A DNA stretch of 64,000 bases from a virus. A model generated the notes under the pieces. The model was given only the letters and a program-made list of their open reading frames with translations. It had not been told where the DNA came from and searched no databases. Below, piece after piece: positions 46,101 to 59,900 of the stretch. Within the stretch, counting starts at the first letter, position 1. The number at the start of each line of letters is the position of its first letter. The position numbers and the translations under genes were made by a program. The stretch lies in IMG/VR virus record IMGVR_UViG_3300025147_000002; one strand, 5' to 3'.

Positions 46101-49100
46101 AAGGTGAAGTAAATCCACTTACTGTACAATCTCCTGAAGGCATAGTCGCAGTACAAATATTAGAAAATACTGTTCTTAAAGCTGAATCAGAATTTGAAAA
46201 AGGTTTATCTGAATCTACTGTAAAAGATATACAATTTCTATTTTCAGATGTAGCTTTTCAAGATGAAATGATTAAGATATTTAGTGAAACCGATGCACTA
46301 CGTAAGAAAGATCTATTAACACGTTTATTTAAAGTTTCTTCTAAAATAGATAATACAGTAATAATTAATGAAGAAGCTTACACTAAATATATAGCTAATA
46401 GAGATTCTTTAAAATTTACAGTTGGACCTGTTATAGAACAATATTTAGCAGTTATTAGTTTAGATGCTAAATTAACAGATATATTTAGATGGGATACAAA
46501 TACTATGACTGATGGTATTGCTAAATCTTTATATGTTAGTTTTAAAGCAGGTGTATTAAAACAATTAGCTAGTTCATGGAAATATGGTACTAGTCCTAAT
46601 AATAAACATGGTAGATTTATTAATTATAATCCCGAAAGCGGTGTAATGAATGTATCATTTGATGCACGTATTCAAAGTGAAATTAATACATTAACTGATT
46701 ATATTAATCAAGGATACAATGATACTACCGATACTAAAGGTAACGTTATAGCTTCTACTATGACTGCTGAATCCATGGGTCAATTAACAGCATTATTAGA
46801 TGAATATATAGTTATTAAAAATAAACTAACAGCTTTAACTAAGATACTTCTTAGAGAAACTATAGGTAAAGATAACATATATATTGAAAATACTTTTAAT
46901 ACTTATATTGAAACTCTTAAGTTAGATTATGATAAACTTATTGCTGAAGCTGATAATAAAGCAGATAAAACTAAGTTATCACAAGAATATGATACGGTAA
47001 AGAAAGAACTTATTAAACTTAAAAATTTATCCAAAAGTTTATCAGATAGTTCAGCTAATACACTAACAGCACAAGGTCAATTTCAAGCAGGTAGTATTAC
47101 AGATTTAAATACTATATTTGATAATATTAATACATTACTTGGTAAAGAACTTAAAGATACAGCTGCATATGGTAATATCAATATTATAGTTGATGGTATT
47201 AATAAAGGATACAGTGTATTTAATAATGTAAATAATTTAAATAATAATGGTATTGAAGGTTTATACTTTACTAGATTAAAGTTTGCTTTGCAAGGTCTTA
47301 GATCTATTAGAAGTAATCCTGAATATGATGAAGTTGAAACTATAGAATCTAGTAATAATTCTGAAATACTAGATGATAGTATTCTTAGAGATATTATAAT
47401 GAATTATTCTGAAAGTCTTTCAGATAAAACAGCTGTATCTTATTTTACAGATAGTCTTAAGAATACATATTTTGCAGAAGCTGAAGTTAGTATTTCAGTA
47501 CTTCAAGATTTGATTAATACATATAAAACGTTTCATCTACATACACAAGATGATGTACCAATTACATTTGATAATATATTAACTGTACTTAGAGGTAAGA
47601 ATAAAATAGATGCTGATTTTCAGAATCAAGTTATGATAGTATATGATAGTATTAGACATATACAAGAACTGTTTCTTAATAAGAGTATGCTTACGTATAT
47701 GGCTAAACAAGTATCTATGATGGATATAGAAGATGCTGACTATTATGCCATGAAAAGTACTTTAGATGCTCTTACAACGCTTAGTAAGAATCTTGTTAAA
47801 GTACCTACTAGAGATGATTATAGTCCTATGTCTAAAGAATATACAAATTACTTTACTGAAAAAGGAGATTTGAAATGGGCTTATGTACAAAAATGGTTAG
47901 ATAGTTATGAAGGTGGTAGAGTAGATTATGAATATAAACCGGGTATTACTTTAGAAACTATATATGGTAAAGCTATTTCAGAATTAAATGAATCATTTGA
48001 TGTAGTTACTGATATGTATAAAGTAAATACTGTTGAAATAGAGGGTGTATCTTTTACTGTTTCAGAAGTATATCAAGCTGTAGCACAATTAAGTCTTAAT
48101 AGTGAAATACATATTGACACTACAGGTATTGACATGAAAGACACATCAGCTTCTTTAAATGCTTATATAATAATTAATAATAAACGATTTGTAATAGGTA
48201 GAATAAAACCTTCAGAATTACGTATAGGTGAAAAGATTGTAGATGGTACAGTTGTAAGTAATGGTATAGCTTTAACTATAATCGATCCTAAAACAGGAAC
48301 TACTACATTTAGTAATTATTTAACTAGTACTAAATTAAAATCTATAACTGATATGATAGCAGTTAAAACTTTGTTGAATCCTATTAAAGAATTTTATAAA
48401 GTATATACAGTTAATAGACAATCTAATAAACACAATGAAGTTAAATATCTTAAATTATTGGAAGATATTAAAAATGCTAGAACCACTAATCCTATAGGTG
48501 AAACATTTTATAATTGGTTACTTACTGCTACAGGTGATATAGATATAGTTAATCCTCATAAAGCATATACTGTATTATCTACTATATTTTATAGAATAGA
48601 AGACAATCTTGTAGATTCTTATAAACCTAATGGTATAGAAATATATAATAAGTTTAGAGCATATGAAGAATCATTACTTAATAATTTTAATAAAGGTAAT
48701 ATTCTTAAACAACGTATAGCAGATACAATAACACCTAATAATCAAATAGAATTAAAAATATCACATTTAGGTAGTCCATCACCTAATTTTTCAGATAAAT
48801 ATAGTGAGGCTAATAAAGTCAATGATGTTATTAAACCTAACACTATGATTAATGGGCAACCTGATGTAATGATTGTTCATACTATGAATGTAGAGCAAGA
48901 GCATGTTATATCTAATTTATCTAATGATACTACAATACCTATGTCAGTAGATGATATGAATGCTCTATTAGCTAAAGATGCGTATGTATATGCTCAAATA
49001 GCATATTATGGTAGTCAACCATCTTATATACCTCTTCGTAGTGCTACTTTAAATACATTTGGTAAGAAATCTACAGCTAGTTACAATGATCATGCTAGAG

Positions 49101-50941
49101 ATTTTCTTATAATTAAGATGATGGAATTACTTAATAATACTGTTATGGAATTACCTAATACAAAAGGTACTCCTAGTGGTAATTATCAAATGGAAGGTGG
49201 TTATACAAGTAATGATGTATTGGATGATTTAAAAGAAATTACAATTATATCTCAAAGTATAAATCGTAGTATAGCAGCTGCTGCACTAGCCGGTGATACA
49301 GTATGGTTTAAATTTCATAAAGTATATAAAGATGCTAATGGAACTACACATAAGATAGAATTTAGAACAGTTGATGCTAAAGGTGTTGTTAAATTTTATA
49401 AATTAGAAAAGATTGTACGATCTGATGGTACTATTGAATATTCTTTAAGAACAGTAGGCACTAAATTTGCAAATACAGTTAAAGGTAAAAAACGAATAGC
49501 TAATACTAGATTTAATAGTAAAGGTGAAATTAGAACTAAATGGAGTGATAATTTATTAAGTTCTAAACATACTACTAATGTAGGTGCTGTGAATGTAGAA
49601 CTTATACTTAAAGAAAAGCTTAAAGGTATAGTCGGAGATATGACTAGAAATTTACCTGTAATGGATGGAGCATCCAATAAGATATATGATATTAGATCAC
49701 ATGGTAGATCAGTAGGTAAAAATCTAAATATTATGGATGAAAACAATCCTGCTATACCTTATGATTTATCTAAATCTTATACATCTGTTGTTACAGGTGA
49801 AACATATAAACACTTTCAAGATTTCTTACTTTCTACAGGAGCTGTATATTCTAACATACAGGCTATTAGAGATAAAAATGGTAACATTGTTAGTAATTAT
49901 ACATTACAAGGTAAGATACCAGCTAAAATTAATATAGATTTTGAAGTAGTTAAAAAGGTAGAAAGTGTATTAGATGTACTTAATAATATAAAAGCTAACA
50001 CTTTACTTGAAAGTATTCTTACTAACAATAATGGTATATCTACTAAATTAGGATTAGATAATAATGCTTTAATGAAACAGTTTCTAGAAGAAATTAAAGT
50101 AGATGGTGATGTATCATATAAACATTTTTCAACATATAAAGCCTATACTGAATATTTCAAACGTACATATCCTAATTCAGAAGTTCCTACTAAAGATGAT
50201 ATGCAGAAAGTATTAGCTAAATATACTTCATCTAATAGAAATATAGCTACCTTTTGGGGACTATCTCAACAAACTGATACTAGAGTTAGAGCTGAAATAT
50301 TTCATGAACTACTACATAGCTTTATTAAAACTAAACTTACTACTGCATCTTTAGTGGATAAGGCTAAAGCACAAATAAATGAATATGTAACTCAATTAAA
50401 GATAGCTGTAAAAGATAGTACTATATTATCTGAAAATGAAATAAATTTATTGAATGATTGGTTTACTAAAATAGAAGGTTCTAATAAAACTAGTTATGAA
50501 GAACTTATAACATATGGTATAACTGAAGCAAATATAGCTAGAATACTTAATAAATTATTAGTTGCTAATCCTACAACTACAAATGAAACGTGGCTTACTA
50601 AGTTTATAGATATGTTATTAAATCTATTACATGGTTTAAGTATTATACAAGGTAGTCAGTTAAGCGAACTCAAAGGTTTGATTAGTAATATACTTCTTAA
50701 AGAAAGTGTTAATACCAATGAAAGTTCTAAACCTAATAATCCTGAAATTCTAGATATGGAATTTGATGAATCTATTAATTTAAGTAATGATAGTATTATA
50801 CTTGAAGATGAACTACCTAGTTCCCCTGTAGAAATGGATTTTAGTGATTACGGTAATGCGACTACTAATTTGGAAATGTCAAATTATATTACTACATTTA
50901 ACGATAATTATACTGATTCAAACAATTTAAAAATTTGCTAA
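43169..50941 (+). CDS. giant virion cargo protein (2590 aa) with C-terminal HExxH motif
   Basis: N-terminal Gly/Ala-rich hydrophobic segments (WWAAMFPTVGSAMASFVPVLGAM; FIWGAFGGMLMTGG), then a long coiled-coil-like middle. HELLH at nt 50303-50317 (about aa 2379). Acidic C-terminal tail. Confidence 0.6.
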   Translation: MDNRFNTDTSGGPYSTFLTTPMPKVGLADLSKTPIGERSLISGRGDQFNTSFKAAYDSYDSYVHGANYKLGGLDEMRAQNQGGWERTGRSFAQLGGTILGQVIAGSGSILKLLGNPIDTGQMLYGDTSAENYEDTKNGIIGSFGHMLETSGIAIQKGIEEAMPIYQTQVAQEGGWGKFGDSSWWAAMFPTVGSAMASFVPVLGAMKGLNVAAGLLREAGAITGIGRGIGLAKGLATVGKAFQTSNVAQVLTGTMFSTHLDVMQEIANQYDSELKYGKEQLGMNDKEALDYASNWAASSYRKGVMATSVFELGQMKVLLGSGKFMTSMATANAKKATKQYLKTIFTKGVAAADAEIGAIAAKTIKKTFVKEAFNLGSVALGEGFQEMGVDVALAEGKREAKMNAGFEDFSPTAIGDRLSDFASKGKNWDSFIWGAFGGMLMTGGRSAIDSILYKDTANKELDIIKNHLDTLSNLTKGLASYDSTASTVDQHGNNFKLLLPLIHNSIKNGTFDVTNKFIADMSKLNGISDTELKVLGFTIDSIEGAKVIKTELERASKIYQEAFKKKFSEDDTENKITQINYAHSKHSFEYWNDFDKKYADLIAERRIELSKQITDLNKDYSANEILKDHTKFEIDDIQVQIDGMTSARNQAQTNLSNAQSERLDLVDQIKRVKDKFTDNAVTNNNLVNVSDFEAIRVNARISNFRHLATLELALKALEGEVYNQTTLRNGLDKSIADSKSKKVLKATELAALRVQIASLKITIESTTKDVELSKKPELSTVTDIELNRLMLERAVIAKQTAENVTKLKIYDDPIKLAEYLAKQKEFRDIATATYLTDLKNQMVNALTSLNIDTIVKEAKDAGLDLSKEGIARKKQIVINNNNNRVVPPVIKPIINNKLTDSIGTPYTISPTSDILTVGIHNGTIISIGDTIIPYNSAQPKLKGTPLVVTKFSKSTSGGSISISVHTENNVFRPDDLIKEGEVNPLTVQSPEGIVAVQILENTVLKAESEFEKGLSESTVKDIQFLFSDVAFQDEMIKIFSETDALRKKDLLTRLFKVSSKIDNTVIINEEAYTKYIANRDSLKFTVGPVIEQYLAVISLDAKLTDIFRWDTNTMTDGIAKSLYVSFKAGVLKQLASSWKYGTSPNNKHGRFINYNPESGVMNVSFDARIQSEINTLTDYINQGYNDTTDTKGNVIASTMTAESMGQLTALLDEYIVIKNKLTALTKILLRETIGKDNIYIENTFNTYIETLKLDYDKLIAEADNKADKTKLSQEYDTVKKELIKLKNLSKSLSDSSANTLTAQGQFQAGSITDLNTIFDNINTLLGKELKDTAAYGNINIIVDGINKGYSVFNNVNNLNNNGIEGLYFTRLKFALQGLRSIRSNPEYDEVETIESSNNSEILDDSILRDIIMNYSESLSDKTAVSYFTDSLKNTYFAEAEVSISVLQDLINTYKTFHLHTQDDVPITFDNILTVLRGKNKIDADFQNQVMIVYDSIRHIQELFLNKSMLTYMAKQVSMMDIEDADYYAMKSTLDALTTLSKNLVKVPTRDDYSPMSKEYTNYFTEKGDLKWAYVQKWLDSYEGGRVDYEYKPGITLETIYGKAISELNESFDVVTDMYKVNTVEIEGVSFTVSEVYQAVAQLSLNSEIHIDTTGIDMKDTSASLNAYIIINNKRFVIGRIKPSELRIGEKIVDGTVVSNGIALTIIDPKTGTTTFSNYLTSTKLKSITDMIAVKTLLNPIKEFYKVYTVNRQSNKHNEVKYLKLLEDIKNARTTNPIGETFYNWLLTATGDIDIVNPHKAYTVLSTIFYRIEDNLVDSYKPNGIEIYNKFRAYEESLLNNFNKGNILKQRIADTITPNNQIELKISHLGSPSPNFSDKYSEANKVNDVIKPNTMINGQPDVMIVHTMNVEQEHVISNLSNDTTIPMSVDDMNALLAKDAYVYAQIAYYGSQPSYIPLRSATLNTFGKKSTASYNDHARDFLIIKMMELLNNTVMELPNTKGTPSGNYQMEGGYTSNDVLDDLKEITIISQSINRSIAAAALAGDTVWFKFHKVYKDANGTTHKIEFRTVDAKGVVKFYKLEKIVRSDGTIEYSLRTVGTKFANTVKGKKRIANTRFNSKGEIRTKWSDNLLSSKHTTNVGAVNVELILKEKLKGIVGDMTRNLPVMDGASNKIYDIRSHGRSVGKNLNIMDENNPAIPYDLSKSYTSVVTGETYKHFQDFLLSTGAVYSNIQAIRDKNGNIVSNYTLQGKIPAKINIDFEVVKKVESVLDVLNNIKANTLLESILTNNNGISTKLGLDNNALMKQFLEEIKVDGDVSYKHFSTYKAYTEYFKRTYPNSEVPTKDDMQKVLAKYTSSNRNIATFWGLSQQTDTRVRAEIFHELLHSFIKTKLTTASLVDKAKAQINEYVTQLKIAVKDSTILSENEINLLNDWFTKIEGSNKTSYEELITYGITEANIARILNKLLVANPTTTNETWLTKFIDMLLNLLHGLSIIQGSQLSELKGLISNILLKESVNTNESSKPNNPEILDMEFDESINLSNDSIILEDELPSSPVEMDFSDYGNATTNLEMSNYITTFNDNYTDSNNLKIC

Positions 50942-50942
50942 T

Positions 50943-53900
50943 ATGTCATGTTCTCTCAATCCTATAATCACAGATGATTCTGTAACTATTGAAATTGTTA
51001 TCAACGAAGAACCTATAAGAGTTCCTAGTTTACTATTTATGGAAGCTTCTAATAAAGCTAGAGAATTATCTACAGAACAATTTAATGAATTAGGTTTTAA
51101 AGATGCCGATATTGCTATTAATCGTAGAGAATTTGCTAAAGCTATGTTTGCTATTATTCATGTATATGAAATTAATCCCCTATCAGAATTTAATAAGTAT
51201 GGTGAACCTACATTAAATAGTGTATTTAAACATTTAGCTTTAACTAATAATCCTTATACAAAATTAGCTAATCAACAAATAGCTATTGATAGTAACAAAC
51301 GCCTTAGTTTTAAAAGTTTAGCTAATGAAGGTGTTACATTAGATGATACACATTTTTACAATCTTACTTTATCATCTTTGTTTATACTTAATATGGATTC
51401 TTTACGAAGACTTAAGAATACAGATACATATTCTAATGGTAAACGTAAAACTATTAAAAGTGAATTACTTAAATATCTGAATACTTATAAAGATACTCAA
51501 AAAGCAGAACATCAATTTGCAATTAATAATTATGAAAAAGATATAAAAACATTTACAGAAGATTATAATAAAGTTGATAGTAAAATATATAATAGTTTTA
51601 TAGATTATTTAAAACAAACTTATGGTGTTGTTATAACCGATATAACAGAAACTAGTAATATTGATAAAACAGATATAGATGTAGATGAAGCATATCTAGC
51701 TGAACGTTGGGATGATGGTGCTCAATCTAAGACTAATCGCATTAATACAGTATCGTCTATTACTAAATTAGAAATAGCTAAACTTATAGCGAATACTCCT
51801 AATTATAGTAAGCAACGTATTAAGATGTATATAACAGAACCTTATGATATTAATAGTATATGGGCTAGACTTATTACTGCACATTTACATGATACAACAT
51901 TAGATGCTGTTAAAAATACGTTAGGTAGATTAGCACAAGATAATTCTATATTTCAGACAATATTAGATAAATTTAATAATGCTGAAAATAATGTCGAAGC
52001 TGATGTACATTTTAGAAGTAACTATATGGGAAGTATAAATATGGCGGTTATACCTTCTACTAAATTACTTATTGAAGGTACTAAAATATCTGAATTTACT
52101 AATAATAGAGATTCATTTGCCAACAGTGTTTTATTTGATATATATCAAAATACTATAACTAATAATATATCTTCTCAGAATTACAGTGTAACTAATAAAG
52201 GTACTAAAACTACTAAGAATATAGAAATATCTTTTATAGAATCTATTATAGTTAATAATATTAAAAAATATAATCTTGGAGAAGTTTACAGTAAACTTGA
52301 ATATTTAGGTTTAGATATTACTAAATATGCTATTGAAAGTTATCTTCAAGAAAATAGAGAAGATTATGATGGAGCGTTAGCTATATTAGTTCAAGATATT
52401 AATCGTGTTATAAATGAAATTAATAATTATATATCTAATAGAAGTGATCGTAATAAAATAGATTTTAATGAAAAAGGTGCTTTAAATAGACTTGCCTATA
52501 TAGGTTCTTATGATTTTAATACTGCTATTAGTTTAAGTTATTTAGATGTTAAAGGTTCACTTAATTATAGTCCTCAATTTGATAGTTTTTTAACTAAATC
52601 ATTTAGAGGTCTTGTTAAATTTGGTAAAGTTGATACAGATGAAGTTATACGTGTATTTGAAAAGTATACACTTACACCTGATTTTGCTAATGATAATTTT
52701 TTATGGCATGATAAGACTCAACATTATGGATATGGTATATTTGAAAGTGAATTAGATAAAACAGGTATTAAAGTTATTAAAAAAGATGATAAAGGTAAAC
52801 CTGTAATAAATGAAGATTTTGTTAAAGCTATATCACTATTTCAATTTAATGGTAGTACATCTAATCATAATGGTATGTTGTATGCTGATATATTAAATGA
52901 TAACTGGGCATATACACAGATTACATTTAGTATGTTAGGTAAACAAATTATACCTACATCTGATAGTGCTAGATCATATGGTCTTAATATACCATTAATG
53001 CAAATTGAGGGATTGTATAATCGAGATAATAGTCTGAATAATCAACATTCTATATTCAAATCTCTACGTAATATAGTTGTACAAAATATAAATGATTATT
53101 TTATAGCTAAATCAAAAGTATTTAAACAAGATAATACACTATATGATTTAAAAGATCTTAAGAAATTACATACTATTAGAGATGTACAGTTAGATAAACA
53201 GAATAATATAGTTGCTATTAAAAATGGTGTTCCAACAGGTATGGCATTTCATTTTCCAGATCTTTCTTATAAAGTTAATAGCAATAGTTATACATTTGAG
53301 AATCATATTATAGATAGTTTAGGTATTACTGCTGCTGATATATTATCTTTAGATAAAACTCAAATGGAAACTCTAATAGATAGTTTTGTAGCTAATCATA
53401 TACATACTACTAAAACTAATATATTAGCTGAATTTGAATCTATATCAGATATATTACTTAAACAGGTTACTACTGTAAAGCGTAATGTATTAGGTACAGA
53501 TAATAGAACTATTGCTGCTGATGGTACTAGATTTCTTGTTAATAGAGTTGAATATATACCATTGAGTAAAGAAGTAGTTATTAAACAAGCTAAAGTTATT
53601 TATAAAGAACGTGCTAAACAAGCCAAACTTGAAAATAGATCATATGCAAGTGAAGAAGTAATGTTACAAGTTATTGAGAATGAACTGAAGAATAATAGAG
53701 CTTCTGAATTTTTCAATACTAAAGAATTTAAAGATGGTTATGATTTATCTATATTAGAAGCTGCATTAAATACTATTATAAATAGTGTAAGTATTAACAA
53801 TATATTTATAGGTAAACTTAATGAATATAAAAATGCTTTAGATTGGAATAAACGTGCATCAATGATTGTTAAAAATGGTTTTCATGCAACAGTAAATGAA

Positions 53901-56900
53901 GGTACAGATGAATTTAGAGTATTGGTAGTTAAAGATATTACTAAAGATTCTAATATGCTTGACTTACTTAAAGATTATTTACCTGCTAAAAGTATGACTG
54001 CATTAGATAAACTAGCTAATACTACCGATGGTTTTTCTATTATAACCAGTAATCATTATAAAACACTTATGACCAATTTTGGTAGATTCTCAAAGGATTT
54101 AGAACGTCTATTTGACAATATTACTAAAGGTCAAACATTTAATCCGTCTGAACTAAATACGTTAATAGAACAGCTTAAATTGTTTGGTACAAGCAGAGAA
54201 TTAAGCCAAATCGAAAGACAGTTGGAAGATGGTTCAACAGTCATAGATAAATCAATAACATCTATACAACTTAAAGATTCGACAGGTATACTATTTGATA
54301 AAACATTTAAAGGTACTAGACTTGAAGAATTATATAATAAAATGAAACAACGAGGTATTGATCAAATATCTTTTGCTAGTGCTGTTAAAGTTAGTGGTGT
54401 AATACCTATTGATATAGAAGAATTTCTTAGTGATGCTAATCCTAATTTAGATGATAGTATTATTAAGATGAAATTCTCTAATATGGTTATACAACAAGAT
54501 ACTCCTTCTCATATACTTGATGAATACAATAAATTAAGTAATCAATTACAGAAACGTATATTAGAAGGTATTAACTTTGATGAAGCTATATATTCATTAG
54601 ATGGTACTAAATATACAGGTACTGAATTAGCTAAGATATTTCATGATTTAATGGGTTCTAATTTTGAAGAAGCCTCATATGATCTACTTAGAGAATTAGG
54701 TGTATTAGATGGATATAATATTAGATTAGATTCTAATGGTCATATTGATGTAAATACTAAACTACTTCAAGAAGCACTTGAAAAGTATGTTAAGAATGAT
54801 ACTAACAATCAAAATTCATTAGATAGTGTTAAGATAAGTGAAGAAGGTACACCTAATCTTCCATTTTCATCACCTTTAATATATAATCATTTTGTCAGTA
54901 TATTACTTAGTAAATTAACTAAAACTGTAATAGATTATAAAGTTGATGGTATGCACGTACCTATTATGCCTAATTTACTTATGAATCCTTCTAATATATC
55001 AGAAGAAGCATTTCGTAATAGTACAGGTATAGAACGTTCTAATATTGTTGATAATAAATCTTTAGAAGAATATGTTACTTATGATGCTCAATTTATAGCA
55101 GAAGTTAAATTAGGTGGTACTTATGAAAAAGTAATTGAATTGGATAAAGCTGGTAAAGAAGTTACTAGAAAACAATTTGTTCCTAATAAAGGATTTCATA
55201 ATAGTGAAACTATATATGGTAGAGAAGATTATCAATTAAGATCAGAAAATGGTTATGATGATAATGGTAATCTTATATATCCGGCTGATGTTATTATCAA
55301 TCCTTGGAAATCTGATTTCTATACTAATTTAGTTGTTACTAAAGATGTATCATATACAGATGAAAATGGTAATATTACAACGGATAGAAGATCTTATGTA
55401 GATATTAATAGACTATCTAATGAAGCACGTACAATGCTTAGTACTCGTATTCCTCATGAAGGTAAACAATCTACTACTATATTTAAAGTAATTGGATTTC
55501 TTAATACAGGTGCTAGTCAAGCTACGTTTCCATTTACTATGATGACTCGTACAGGATGGGACTTTGACATTGATACTGTTTATATTCAATATAAAGCTTT
55601 AGAATATATAAATGGTGAATATGGAGTTGTTAAGTTTGATAATAAATATAATAAAGCTAATCAACAAAAATATGTTGAAAGAGTATATGCAGATACTATA
55701 CTAGATATAAAATCTGGCTATGGTGAATATATAGATGAACCTAATTTATTGAATAATGAACTACTTAAGGGTTCACATGAATATATGGTTACATTAGATT
55801 ATACAAATGTAGAAACCATTATAGATAATCTTAAAGAAGTTGAAAAAGATGTAAGAAGAGCTTTTGCTAAGATTACTATTACTGAATTTTCTGAATTATC
55901 TACCAATACTGAATATCTTAAACTTAATGATACACTTACTAAAATAGCTAAACTTAAGAGTGAACTTATATCTGTAACTAAAAATAAAACTAAATTTAAT
56001 AATGCTATTCAAGAACGTACATCTATTATGAAGATAATAGATAAAGCTAACAAAAACAGTATTAAAGAAACTATCACAGATGAACTAGAAACTAAATATA
56101 AAAATTTAGGTATTAAATTTCAAAATATTATTACTTCTATAAACGATATAGTTGCTAAAGATAATATACAAAATCAATTAACTAATATACAAGATACGTT
56201 AGAATCCATTAAATATTTTAATATAGACAATATAGAAGATATAAAAAGTTTAATTCATATAGCTAATTATATAGGTAACGAAAAGACTAAAACTAGTTTT
56301 CTATATGCTAAGAGTTTTTATGATATAGTTGAAGATAATATTGATGTGTTTGTTACAAGCAAAACTGAAGAATTTAAAAGATTAGATAATAATCTTCAAA
56401 ATACTAAAGAAGCTAGAGGTAACAAATTATTAGATATATTTATATCTATATTAGGTAATATTGAACATGCTTCGGAGTTGAATAAACCTAATGAAACGAA
56501 TAATATAGAAGCTGTATCTAAAGAAGTCAATGAAGCTTATGGTAAATCTAATAAAGGGCTTAATCCTAATAATTTAGAAGATCAGATTACACTTAATAAT
56601 CTGAATATGAATGTTCGTAAACTTAAAGCATTTAGTGTATCATGGGATAACCTTATGTCTGTAACAGGTTTTCTTAAAGCTAAATTAGGAGAAGGTGTTA
56701 AACGTACATATTATCCAGGTGAATTAGGAGAAATTACTAAAACACAATTACATGAAGCATTTGGTAATAATTTTAATATATTTAGTGAGGGTAAACATGT
56801 TACATTTAAGAAAGCACCAGAAGATTTAACAGGATACACTATTAAAGTTTCTGATACTAATTTAAATAATAATAATTCTAATAATTGGAAAGATATATCT

Positions 56901-59900
56901 GGAGAACGTTTATCTATTCAAGCATCTGAATTTAGTGCTAATGTATTCGATGCTGTTAAAAAACCTATGGGATTTAATATGAATGCAGATACACATTCTA
57001 TAATGAGATTACTTAGTAGTGGAGCTTCTAGTAGTTTTAATGGTAAAACATGGAATAGATTTAGATATGGTATGTTGTTTATACATCAACCTGTTATTGT
57101 AGATGCTATAAAACAACTTAATAAACTACGTATTGAAAACGCATATGTAAAATTAGAAACTGGTTTGGAAGAAGCTGTTAGAAAAGAACATCTAGCTATA
57201 TATGAATTATTTGTAGAAAGTTTTAAAGAAACTAATGAATTTCAAAATGAAATAGCTCGTATAGAAAAGACTAAGAATCTTCCATATAAATATCGTAATG
57301 ATCAAGTTGTACTTACTAAAGATATGTTACTTAGTATAACTAATAAATATCCTAATTTACAGAAGTATTTAGAAGTTTCATCTAAGTATCAATTAAAAGA
57401 AAATACAGGTACTGATAATATATCTGGTAAATCTATACAAACTATATATTTTGGAGAAAATGAACTAAAAGATTTTATTACTAACAGAAATATACCTAAT
57501 GATTCTCCTATTGAAAAACGTATAGAACAACATCTACAACAATTACATGTGGTTCAGATGTTTAATGCTTATTTAAAAATAGCAAATAGAGTTACTAAAT
57601 TAGGTCCTCTTTTTAAAACAGAAAATAGTGTTGGTCCAACATTTAATGAAGTTAATAGTAGAGATATTAATCTAGCAGATGCCTATATGGATCGAGCACA
57701 ATTTGCAAATGAATTAAATAAACTATCTATACAAACTCAACCAGGAGATATGTATAAGTTTATAATGCAAGATAAAGTAAAATTAGAAGGATTAGAAACA
57801 ACAGAAGATTTAACTATAATACCAAAAATTAGTAAGTCTGATATTATATTACGTTTAGAAGAATTTGATACAACATCTAATATTACAGAACGTAAAGAAT
57901 TTGTCGATAGAATATTAGGTGAATCTGACACTAAACATCCTATAATGGTTGATGGTAAATCTATTATAGAAGTTGTATTTCCTGGTGCATTTACAGGTTA
58001 TACTACTAAATCTACAGATGCAAATGAATTAGATATTTTAACATTTAATCAATCTTATAAAAATAGTGCATATGGTAATATTGAAGCTAAGTATCAATAC
58101 GGTCATTATCTAGCATCTATACTTTTTGATAAGATATTTATTCAACAGAATCCTATATTTAAAAGTGTTATTAATACAATACTTAAAAAAGCAGGTTTAT
58201 CATATAATAGTGAGATTAGATCAGAACTAGCATTTAAACTTATTAATTATGATATTAATAAATCTCCTATATTTAAACATATTACTAATGAAGAATGGAA
58301 TAGGATACTAGGAGTTGAAATGCCATTAGTTGCAGAAGTAACAATAGATGGAGTTAAATCTATGTGGTCTGATATTATATCTAAAGATACTATAACAGAA
58401 GCTGAATTTAAAGAATGGCTTAAGCTTAGTACTGCTAGTAAGATACATATTATAAAGAATACTCCTAAATATAAAACTTATATCAATAGAACTGAATTTA
58501 GAAATAGTCATGTACTTAAAACTCTTAGAGTAGCTAAACTTAGTAAGAAAACTAATTATAGAAGAATTGAATATAAGACTGAATCTGAAAATGCTAATAT
58601 AGCTATACATAGTTTTGATAATATGTATATGTCTGAAAATCCTTATTTAGCTAATACTGCTAGAGATTTAATACTATACACATATAGGACTAAAGGTTTT
58701 GAATTTGGTTTTAATTTAACTAAAGCTATACCTGTTAAAATATTTTATAATCAAGATTATAATAATACAGATTATGATAATTTTATTAGTTTTATAAATG
58801 AATCAGTAAGTAATGATGCAGATAAGATTTTAGAGAATACTAAGTTTATAGGCGATTATACTAAAGTATTTAAAGCTTTACAACAAATTGTAAATAAACT
58901 AGGCTCTAATTTAGATTATAGTGAAGCTGTAAGTGTTATACATAGACAGATGTATAGTAATTTTAGATTAAATCCTTTAACACCTAAACAAAAAGTAATT
59001 GATGCTAATACAAAATCTGGTAAAGTTACTGCTCATTTTAATGAAGCTTATTTAATAAAACTAGAAGATAATAAAACAGTAGAAGTTCTTATTGAAACTA
59101 GAGGTAGATTAGTTAATAGTAAATATAGCTCAGCACAATATATTACTAAAAAATCTAAAAGTGGTACTGTATTATATCGTAGATTTGAACATATATATAC
59201 AGTGCCTAGTGCTAATGATATAGTTATATTCTATCCTGTTAATAAACTTGAAAATAATGAATGGAGTGAATTTAGTAGTAATCCTATAAATAATATTACA
59301 GATGTATCTGAAATAGTTATTAAAGAAAATCTTATAAATCTAATAGGTACTAGTAAATTAGATACTTATAAAATTGGATTTAAAGAAGAAGTTAAGAAAT
59401 CAGATACGGCTACTACAGAATTAGGTAAAGTAGATTATGAAGAAGATGTAAATAAAGATGAAGATAATAATAGTGAAATACTATCTTCAAGTACTGAATC
59501 TATCGAATCTGATGAATCTACCGAATTGGAAGATCTATCAGAATATGATACTATATCTACTATTAATCCCAAACAATTATATTTTAATAAAGAACAGATA
59601 ATAACTAATGATTCAGTTAGTAGTACAATCAATACTATTGTAAATGATTCAGATACAGTTATATTTATTGGTAATACTAATACATTTATTGGTAAACAGT
59701 TTAAATCTAAAGCTAGTAATTTAATAATTATAGATCCATCTAAAAATGCTCAAGATGAAGCTTTTAGAATATTAGAAGAATTGAAAGATTCTAAAGTAGT
59801 TAATATATCTGGTAATAATATTTCAGAATTAGGTTTTGATCAAGATTATTCTAATAATTGGGTATCAGAATTTATGCATACTATTGCATTTACACATCCT

